Of a stretch of DNA of 64,000 nt, positions 53,448-64,000 are shown one piece after another (the stretch's first letter is position 1; the number at the start of each line of letters is the position of its first letter). Under the pieces are notes generated by a model. It saw only the letters and a list, made by a program, of their open reading frames with translations. It searched no databases and had not been told where the DNA came from. A program made the position numbers and the translations under genes. Origin of the DNA: the human T2T-CHM13v2.0 reference genome, Homo sapiens. The stretch is from assembly GCF_009914755.1 (NCBI RefSeq), contig NC_060938.1; one strand, 5' to 3'.

Positions 53448-53774
53448 CAGGGGTTTGCAAATTATGGCTTGCTGGCCAAATCCTACCCACCATCTGTTTT
53501 TGTATGGTCCATGAGCTAAGAATGCTTTTTACATTGTTAATGAATGAAAAAAAAAAAAAGAATATTTCACGGCCACAAAAATGGCATGAAATTCAAATTT
53601 TGGTGTCCATGAATAAAGTTATATTGGAACACAGTCACATTCATTTACATATGGTTTATGGTGGATTCCACACGAGAATGGCAGAGTTGAGTAGTTATAA
53701 CAGAAACCATGTGACCTGCAAAGTCTAAAAGTTTTACCATCACGCATTTTCCAGAAAAAGGTTGCCAACCCCTG
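53448..53774. mobile_element. MER58-like hAT-Charlie element, intact ends
   Basis: TIRs CAGGGGT.../...ACCCCTG and perfect 8-bp TSD ATCTGAAG (53440-53447, 53775-53782). Confidence 0.9.
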
Positions 53775-53884
53775 ATCTGAAGTACCAAACACCTGTGAAT
53801 AACAGAAAACTAAAGATGCAAAATGCAGGCCAAATAAAGTTAGTGAGAGCAGTGATTCCTTTATTTCATCTAAGAATTCATTCA

Positions 53885-54216
53885 TAGTCATGTGCCACAT
53901 AAGGACGTTTTGGTCAATGATGGACCGTATATACGATGGCGGTCTCATAGGGTCCCACACCCTATTTTTAGTGTACCTTTTCTACGTTTTAGTAAGTTTA
54001 GATACACAAATACTTACCAGTGTATCACAACTGCCTACAGTATTCAGTGCAGGTTTGTAGCCTAGGAAAAATAGGCCATACTATACAGTTTAGGTGGGTA
54101 GTGAGCTATACCATCTAGGTTTGTGGAAGTAAAATCTATGATGTTCACAAAATGATGAAATCGACTAACGATGCATTTCTCAGAAGGAATCCGTGTCGTT
54201 AAGCAACACATAACTG
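53885..54216. mobile_element. Tigger3-like MITE
   Basis: AGTCATGTGCCACATAA...TTAAGCAACACATAACTG imperfect TIRs, followed by TA. Confidence 0.75.
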
Positions 54217-54731
54217 TACTTCACTTGTATCCTTTTCTCCCAAAACATCACTTTAGTTGTAACACTCAAGGATATTTCAAATAATCATTACAGACATCCT
54301 GCTTACCCATATTCTCTTGGCTCCATATGTGTAGATATAGATATATTTTTTCACTTTTAACATAGTAAATACAGGCACCTAATTTTAAAAAATCAAATAG
54401 TGACAAACAGAAGTTTTATAATCTAAGCAAGAGTTCTTTGTCTTTCTCCCTCCCACCTCCTCTCTTAAAGAGACAATCACTTATGTCTTTTTGCTATTTC
54501 TTTGGTAGTTACTTGATAAAAAATTGTGCTTAAATTGTTCCTTCTTGATAGATGAATTTTGATGTTATCTAATCTTTGTTATGACAGATGAAGATTTAAC
54601 TCATACTTCTCCTTCCTCCCAAGATAAAGGTTATCTCACAACAATTTTTAGTTAACTGAGTAATCAGTACTTACATTATGATTATGCAAATAACTTCTCA
54701 CCACAGGGGCAAGTGGTAGCTCACGGTGACC

Positions 54732-54945
54732 TTTTTTTTTTTTTTTTTTTTTGAGAGAGGGTTTCACTCCTGGTCAAGCGATCCTCCTGCCTCGGCCTCC
54801 ACATAGCTGGGACTACAGGCACATGCCACCACACCTAGCTAATTTTTAAAATTTTTTTGTGAAGATGAAATCTCATTACGTTGCCCAGGCTGGTCTGGAA
54901 CTCCTGGCCTCAAGCAATCCTGCATTCTCAGCCTCCCAAAGTGCC
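54732..54945 (-). mobile_element. Internally deleted AluJ
   Basis: T-tail plus antisense Alu segments. Confidence 0.85.
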
Positions 54946-55552
54946 ACGGTTATCTTTCTAATTTATACTCCTTTTTGTTTTGTTCCATGTATCTGAAAGC
55001 TTTAGAAGGGGGAATGCTGTCCTGGTACCATCAGAAGTTCTAGGTCTCCAAATAATGATCTTCCCCAAATTCAGTACATTATCAGAGCAATTACATATTT
55101 AGAAAAGAGATTATGCAGCACAGATATTGCTTTAAAAATAAAAGGTCTGTTCAGAATTATAGGAATGTGAGTCTGAACTTTCCTTCCAAGTCGTAATGCC
55201 TCACTGTGGCTTTTACAGAAGGCAGAGTCTGGAATTTTTGCTTCCACTCCTAAGGGAAAGAGTAAAAAGAAAAGGGTGAGGCAGGCAGTTCTGCATCCCT
55301 CATTTCGTTGGCTTACACAACACTTTATCAAGAACAAATTCCCCCAAATGTCCATTCTCCAGTCTCTAAAAGTAAGAGAGTAATGAACGCTGTGACTCCC
55401 AGTCCACATGTATCCCTAGATGTGATGCTAACTAATGCTTTGAAGGATTCTCAGCCAGAACCAACCAACTGCTCCTGCCTAACCTCAGAACTTTGATCAG
55501 CATGAGCCCAAGAGATAAAAGTGGACAGTGGATCAGAATCTGATCTACCTAA

Positions 55553-55682
55553 GTTGGGTGCAGTGGTGCATGCCTGTGGTCCCAGCTACTTGGGAGGCTG
55601 AGGTGGGAGGATTACTTGAGCTCAGGAGTTCAAGACCAGCCTGGTCAACATAGCAAGACCCCATCTCTAAAAAAAAAAAAAA
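55553..55682 (+). mobile_element. FLAM-like Alu monomer
   Basis: Single arm ending in A-tail. Confidence 0.85.
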
Positions 55683-56700
55683 TGAATCCAATGTACTCTT
55701 GGTGGAAAGACTCTACAAATTTATTTATTTATTAGTTTGTTTATTTTTATAATTTCAACTTCTATTTTAGATTCAGGGTGTACACATGCAGGTTTGTTAC
55801 ATGGGTATATTATGTGATGCTGAGGTTTGGGGTATGATTGATCCTGTCACCCAGGCACTGAGCATAGTACCCATCATTAGTTTTTCAACCTTTGCCCCCC
55901 TTAGTTGTCCCCAGTATCTATTGTTGCCATCTTTATATCCCGAGTATCCAATGTTTAGCTCCCACTTATAAGTGAGAACGCAGAGTATTTGGTTTTCTGT
56001 TCCTGTGTTAATTTCTTAAGAGAATGGCCTCCAGCTGCACTCATGTTGTTTCAAAGGACATGATTTCATTCTTTTTTATGGCTGTGTAGTATTCCACGGT
56101 GTATATGTGCCACGTTTTCTTTATCTAATCCACCAGTGATGGGCATCTAGGTTGATTCCATGTCTTTGCTATCATGAATAGTACTGTGGTGATCATATGA
56201 GTGCATGTGTCTTTTTGGTAGAATGATTTATTTTCTTTTGGATATATGCCAGTAATGGGATAGCTGGATTGAATTAGTTCTGTTTTAAGTTCTTTGAGAA
56301 ATCTCCAAACTGCTTTCCACAGTGGCTGAACTAATTTACATTCCCACCAGCAGAGTATAAGCGTTCCTTTTCTACACAGCCTAGCCAGCATCTGTTGTTT
56401 TTTGACTTTTTAATAATAGCCATTCTGACTGGTGTTAGATGATATTTCATTGTGGTTTTGATTTGTATTTTTCTGTTGATTAGTGATGTGGAGTGTTTTT
56501 TCATATGTTGTTGGCTGCTTGTATGTCATCTTTTGAGCAGTGTCTGTTCATGTCCTTCACGCATTTTTAATTGGGTTATTTGTTTTTTGCTTGTTCAATT
56601 GTTGAAGTTCCTTATAAAATCTGGATATTAGAGCTTTGCTTAGTGCAGTTTGCAAATATTTTCTTCCATCCTGTAGGTTGTTAGTTTACTCTGTTGATAG

Positions 56701-56733
<33 letters not shown>

Positions 56734-56876
56734 GCAGAAGCTCTTTAATTAGCTCCTACTTGTCCATTTTTGTTTTTGTTGCAATTGCTTTTGAGAATTT
56801 AGTCATAAATTCTTTTCCAAGGCTGATGTCCAGAATGGGGTTTCCTAGGTTTTCTTCTAGGATTCTTATAGTTTGA

Positions 56877-57245
<369 letters not shown>

Positions 57246-57419
57246 TAGGGGTCGAGTTTCATTCTATTTATGGCTATACAGCTATCCCAGCACAATTTAT
57301 TGTACAGAGATTCTGTTCCTCGTTGCTTATTTTGGTTGACTTTGTTAAAGATCAGATGGCTGTAGGTGTGCAGCTTTATTTCCGGGTTCTCTATTCGGTT
57401 TCATTGGTCTATGTGCTTG

Positions 57420-57724
57420 TTTTTTGTTTGTTTGTTTGTTTCATTTTGTTTTTTTGAGAGAGGGTCTCACTCCCATTGCCTAGGCTGGAGTGCAGTGGTG
57501 TGATCACAGCTCACTGCAGGCTTGACTTCACAGTCTCAGGTGATTCTCCCACCTCAGCCTCCTGAGTAGCTGGGATCACAGGCGTGCACCACCACAGCCA
57601 GCTACTTTTTTGTATTTTTCATAGTGACGGGTTTCACCATGTTGCCCAGGCTGGAATCATGTGATCTCCCCACCTCAACCTCCCAAAGTGCTGGGATTAC
57701 AGGCAGGAGCCACCGTGCCTGGCT
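57420..57724 (-). mobile_element. AluJ nested in L1
   Basis: Antisense dimer; CTATGTG on both flanks. Confidence 0.9.
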
Positions 57725-59668
57725 ATGTGTCTGTTTTTGTACCATACCATACAGTTTTAGCTACTGTAATCTTATAACATAGTTTGAAGTCAAGTAATGC
57801 CTCTGGTCTTGTTCTTTTTGCTTAGGATTGCTTTGGCTATTTGGACTCTTTTTTGGTTCCATAGAAATTTTGGCATAGTTTTTTCTAGTTCTGTGAAAAA
57901 TGGCATTGGTAGCTTGATAAGAATAGTGTTGACTCCATAGATTGCTTTGGGCAGTATGGCCATTTTAACAATATTGATTCTTCTGAACCATGGGCATGGG
58001 ATGTTTTTCCACTTGTTTGTGTCATCTATGATTTGTTTCATCAGTGTTTTGCAGCTCTCCTTATAGAGGTCTTTCATCTCCTTAGTTAGATGTATTCCTA
58101 GGTATTTTATTTTTTGTGGCTGTTGTAAATACAATTGCATTCTTGATTTGGCTCTCAGCTTGAACATTATTGGTGTACAGAAATGCTACCAATTTGTTTT
58201 CACTGATTTTGTATCCTGAAACTTTACTGAAGTCGTTTATCAGTTCCAGGAGCCTTTTAGTGGAGTCTTTATGGTTTTCTAGGTATAGAGTAATATTGTC
58301 AGTGAAGAGATAAATTGACTTCTTCTTTTCCTACTTGCCTGTCTTTTCTTTCTCTTGCTTGATTGCTCTAGCTAGGACTTCCAGGACCCTAAAAATTGCA
58401 ACCAAAACTTCATGTGATCATTTTGCATACTTTGGGTTTAGAGCTAATAAACAAGAGCTTTCTTATGACAAACAATGCTGCAATGAATAATCTTGTATAC
58501 AAATGTCACCTTCACACACACACATATATATATAAATACATCTAGAGGATAAATTCCCCAAAGAATTACTGGGGCAAATGATATAGGCATTTATTGTTGT
58601 TTTAAATAGCAAATATATATATACAGGGTCTTTTATAATCTGATCTTCTGTGTTTATACTCTCTGTGACTTCTAGATCTAAAATGTGCACAACTACATGG
58701 CTAAAATTCAATTGCGTCCTCCATGTATCATGTGTGTTAACTTTTCCAGGCTAAATGAGAATTGATTTATTATAAACTGTATTTCTGACTGAAGTACCTC
58801 CCATGCTATGTTTGCCTGAGGACAGAGCCTTCTAATTCTACCTGTCGTCTACCACTCTACCCCCACACTGTTTCTATCCGCTGTATTCCAGGTTCATCCT
58901 CCATACTGCTGTTTATAATCGCCTCAACTCCAACTTTAGTAATGCTCTACCTTTAGCAAAAATGATGGCTTATAATGAAAAGCAGGTCCACAGTGACTTC
59001 ACTTTAGACCAGGAAGAATTCTGACCCCACAAAGGGAGCCAGCCTAAATGCCAGGGTGTCGTGGGTTACCCGGACCACTGCCAAGCAGAAGGAATATACT
59101 CATTTCTCAGAGAGAGATATTGAGAGGGCTCCTTCTCTCAGAGATCACCTCTACCTAAAGAAAATAAAATTATTTTTCATTGAACTGTACTTAGAAAAGG
59201 TAAGTATCCTTTGACTTAGATAAAATCCCTTTTAGAAATAACTTTAGCAAAACCTTCCAGTCTGCTCTTAGCCAGAAAACCCTATTAAGCAAAATACAAT
59301 TGTCTCAACCCCACAAGTAGTGTTCCTGAAAGTTAGTACCAGCTTTGTTAAAGATAGAAGGCTGCATGCTTCTTGCATTTGGCAGGGTTCATGATTTGAT
59401 TTTCACTGAAAACAATGTTTTGAAGTATTGGACAAGCAGAGAAATGAAAGAAACATCTGCCTCATTTCTTCTAGGAGAATATTTGCAATACACTTTGAGG
59501 CCAAATTTGACAATACATGTATTAAAAGACTTTAACAGAAAGCTAGACAGTGAAAACATTGGCCACCTAGTAATATATTTTTTAAATGATACTCAATGCT
59601 GGCAGGGTAGTATGAATTAGTTATATCTTGCTAGACAGAAATTTGGAATATGTATTGAGAGTCTTTTT

Positions 59669-59963
59669 GGCTGGGTGCAGTGGCTCATGCTTGTAATCCC
59701 AGCACTTTGGGAGGCCGGAGGCAGGCAGATCACTTGAGGCCAGGAGTTTGAGACCAGCCTGGCCAACATGGTGAAACCCCATCTCTACTAAAAATACAAA
59801 AATTAGCCAGCTGTGGTGGTGCATGCATGTAATCCCAGCTACTCCGGGAGGCTGAGGCACAAAAATTGCTTGGCCTTGGGAGGTGGAGGTTGCAGTAAGC
59901 TGAGATCGCGCCACTGCACTCCAGCCTGGGTGACAGAGGGAGACTCCATCTCAAAAAAAAAAA
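59669..59963 (+). mobile_element. Alu (AluS-like)
   Basis: TSD AGAGTCTTTTT. Confidence 0.95.
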
Positions 59964-59979
59964 AGAGTCTTTTTAAAAT

Positions 59980-60310
59980 GTGAAGGGGCTGAGGGTGAGT
60001 GGTGTGGTTATAGTAAGGCAACGCGATAGATCCTGTGGTATTGGAACTGTCAGCATCTTGACTATGGTGGGGGATACATAGACCTGTACGTTGCAAAGAA
60101 ATTAATCACACATGCAAGTGAGTACAAGCAAAACTGGACAAATCAGAATGAGATTGGTGTATTATATCAATGTCAATATCCTGGCTGTGATATTGCACCA
60201 TCGTTTGGCTAAATGTTCGCACTGGGAAAAACCCAGCAAAGTACAGAAGTGAACTCTGTGTAGTATTTCTTCTAACTGTAGTATTTCTTCATACAGTTAT
60301 CTCAATAAAA
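59980..60310 (+). mobile_element. L1M 3' end fragment
   Basis: TATCAATGTCAATATCCTGGCTGTGATATTG...TATCTCAATAAAA. Confidence 0.7.
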
Positions 60311-61149
60311 GTTTCCGTGTAAAACTGTGAATCTGCCAAGATAAGTGAGGTGCAAAGTTACCCCTGGGTGAGAGAAAAAATTAATTTGTGTGCTACAAAA
60401 TTTTAGGTGTAAGACAGTTACAATATGAGGACAGTTGCACAGCACAGGGCCAGGGTGGGGGTTGTAAATAGCCCACCTGAGTCTGTCCTTTGTTACTTAG
60501 GGAGGGGAAGACAGAAAGACGGGTGACTTTTTTGTCCCAATAAATCTATACCTAAAAGCCTATCCTTTGGAAATAGAGATGTCCACTGCAGTGTTATTTA
60601 TAATAAGAAAAAACTGGAAACAACATGACAGCCCATCATTATGAAAATAATCAATACATGTGACATTTATACCATGGAACATCATGTAGCCATTTAAACA
60701 AAGATACAAGATAAGGGAGGGAATGACTGTGAGGACTTTAGAGTATCCAAAGTATTACACATAGTTACACAGAATAAGGAGGGACAAATGGAAGAAAACA
60801 CATCAAAGTGAACTCTAGGAAGAAATGTAAGGCAATCTGGGAAAAGGTAAATGCAGAATATGATATGATATCAAGTAATGGTTGTAACTTTGGGGGGGAT
60901 GTGATAATGTGCGGGGATTTTATTTAAGTCCTTACCCCTTATCCATTAGTGATACATAGTGAAATAAATACCGATGAAATGATAGACTGTCTGGATGGAT
61001 TTGCTTTAAATATTCCAGAAGCATCCAGATATTATTTGCACAATTTTAAAAGCAAGTAAAATAAAACAAATGTCAACAGCAGTTATTTTCTGAACTATGC
61101 AATTGGGTAACTGGTCTTTTTATTTATACTTCACTGTTTTCTAAGGTTT

Positions 61150-61458
61150 TTTCCTTTTTTTTTTCGAGATAGAGTCTTTCTCTGTAGCCCAGGCTAGAGT
61201 TCAGTGGCACAATTTTGGCTCACTGCAAACTCCACCTCCCGGGTTCAAGCGATTCTCCTGCCTCGGCCTCCTGAGTAGGTGGGACTACAGGTGCCTGCCA
61301 CCACGCCCAGATAATTTTTGTATTTTTAATAGAGATGGGGTTTCACCATGTTGGCCAGGCTGGTGACTCCTGACCTCACGTGATCTGACCTCAGGTGATC
61401 TGCCCACCTCAGCCTCCCAAAGTGCTGGGATTGCAAGTGTAACCCACTGTGCCTGCCC
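61150..61458 (-). mobile_element. Alu (AluS-like) with internal 15-bp duplication
   Basis: Antisense dimer; TSD-like TTTTCTAAG on both sides. Confidence 0.93.
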
Positions 61459-61950
61459 ATTTTCTAAGTTTTCTATGATTAACAAGTATAAAAAAATGAG
61501 ATGGAGGAGGAAAAAAGTAGGATATGTTTAGAGGTATCAGACCAGAGAAATAAGTTATTTATACACAGGCAATTGCAGCAGTGATTATATTAATCTGGAG
61601 ACAGTCCCTTTTAAGGGACAATTTACCTTTAGACTTATCAGCTGAGTGGTTGCAGATGCCCTTAACCAGGGACGATAGAAACGATTGTTCACAGAGTGAT
61701 CCACACAGCTGTTCTCCTGCCCAAATTGCCTGGGAAGGAGCTACTGGCTTCCTGTTGGGTTCTGTGGGTCTGAATTTTTGTATCTTAGGCTAGTCATTCT
61801 TAACTGAGGGAGCCCACCAGAATAACCAAGGGCAATTTTCTTTTTCAAACTATAATTACAAATACTGAATAGTTCCTCACAGGGTACAGAAACATTGTCT
61901 AAAAGTTCCCTAGGTGATTTGGATAGGCACACATGGCCAATAGTCCCTCA

Positions 61951-62420
<470 letters not shown>

Positions 62421-63215
62421 TCAAGGCATATCCTTTTGTGCTTTTCACATTATATGCAAGTGCATATATTACCTATTCAAATAACGTGAAAAGTGAAAGA
62501 AAAAAACAAATTTTAAAAGAGCCCCTGCTTGAAACACTCAGTTTGCCAGAATCTGCTTTTCTTTTGCTAAGGTGGTCAAAGTTCTGTAAGGAGGACACAT
62601 TTTTCTTTTGCAGATGATTTTGCTAAAAAAAAAAAAAATTCAGAGAAAGCATCTAATGACTTTGAAAGAACACCAGAATAAACATAATGGATTTTACATT
62701 CTGATAGTTACACAAACTCCTCACCAGTTTAGAGTTACACCTTCTACCATTAGGAAGTACATAAAGTCAGCCTACATGCAGGAGACAAAGATTTTCATTC
62801 TGCCATGAAAGTAAAGAATTTCATTAAATATCTCTGATGATAGCAGCTGCCTGGCTTACTTGGGAGCAGAGGTGAAGGTAAATGTTTCCTTAATTATTTT
62901 GTGATGTTTGAATTTTGTGCTAACCACAGAATTACCAGTTTTTATTTATTTTTTTTAATTTGAGCATTTAAGACAGTGTGATTACATGGAACTACAAGGT
63001 GACCATCTCACACTCCTATAATCACTCCCAGCAGCACCTTTGAGTTCAAAGGGCAAAGGTGATAGTATACATCTTCAAATATGTGGGGGCACAGAGTGAC
63101 AGAGGGCACCTGGAAAAGATTAACCAGCTACAATGGGAGCCAGAGGTAACCTAAGGGGCTGGGCCCACTGGTTAACAGAAAGGTCAACAGAAGCAGAGTC
63201 CAGGGAGCAACATCA

Positions 63216-63633
<418 letters not shown>

Positions 63634-63975
63634 TCAGAGCTCAGGGTTTCATGTTGATTTTAATGTCCTGTTTTGTGTGTGTTCTAGTTAAAAAGACAAT
63701 GAGAATTCATTGTTGGCTTGTCTATACTTCAAGTGCACGTGATACTTTTTATTCATAATTATTTTTTAAATATATTAAATTTATATGGAAATTCTGTTAG
63801 AGTCAAGTGCTGACTCCACCAACCCCTTCATTAAGAGGTGATTCTGACAACTGTTAAGCAAGAGAAGGTCAGCTAAGATTTGGATAAGACTTCAAATACT
63901 CCTTGATCACATGCAAATCAACTTTCAGAAATGAGACTTCAGGCAAGAAATTTTGCTCTGAGATTAGTTGTCTTG

Positions 63976-64000
63976 GGCCGGGCACAGTGGCTCAGCACTT
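63976..64000 (+). mobile_element. Alu 5' start (cut by window edge)
   Basis: GGCCGGGCACAGTGGCTCA. Confidence 0.75.

Overview
Human (primate) genomic DNA, not a microbial locus: it is rich in Alu, L1, L2, MIR, LTR and DNA-transposon remnants and has a spliced gene. Positions 1-~18.5 kb hold the 3' end of SAMD4A (Smaug1, a SAM-domain RNA-binding translational repressor) on the + strand. Four coding exons (139-340, 1616-1742, 9732-9815, 14111-14139) splice in frame to ...[15 protein letters not shown]...[30 protein letters not shown]...[37 protein letters not shown], followed by a ~4.4 kb 3'UTR. The remaining ~45 kb is intergenic and mostly repeats. From recalled gene order (14q22.2), the 3' end of the convergent GCH1 gene should lie just beyond the right edge. 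No prokaryote-style novel system is present. The best leads are: (i) Smaug-recognition-element-like hairpins in SAMD4A's own mRNA plus candidate cassette/poison exons, suggesting autoregulation; (ii) a 36-nt U2 snRNA retrocopy with TSDs lying antisense in the last intron; (iii) an L1PA insertion with an apparent 3' transduction; (iv) a ~175-bp local duplication next to a promoter-like motif cluster; (v) CTCF and enhancer motif candidates. Repeat subfamily calls and boundaries are by eye and approximate.
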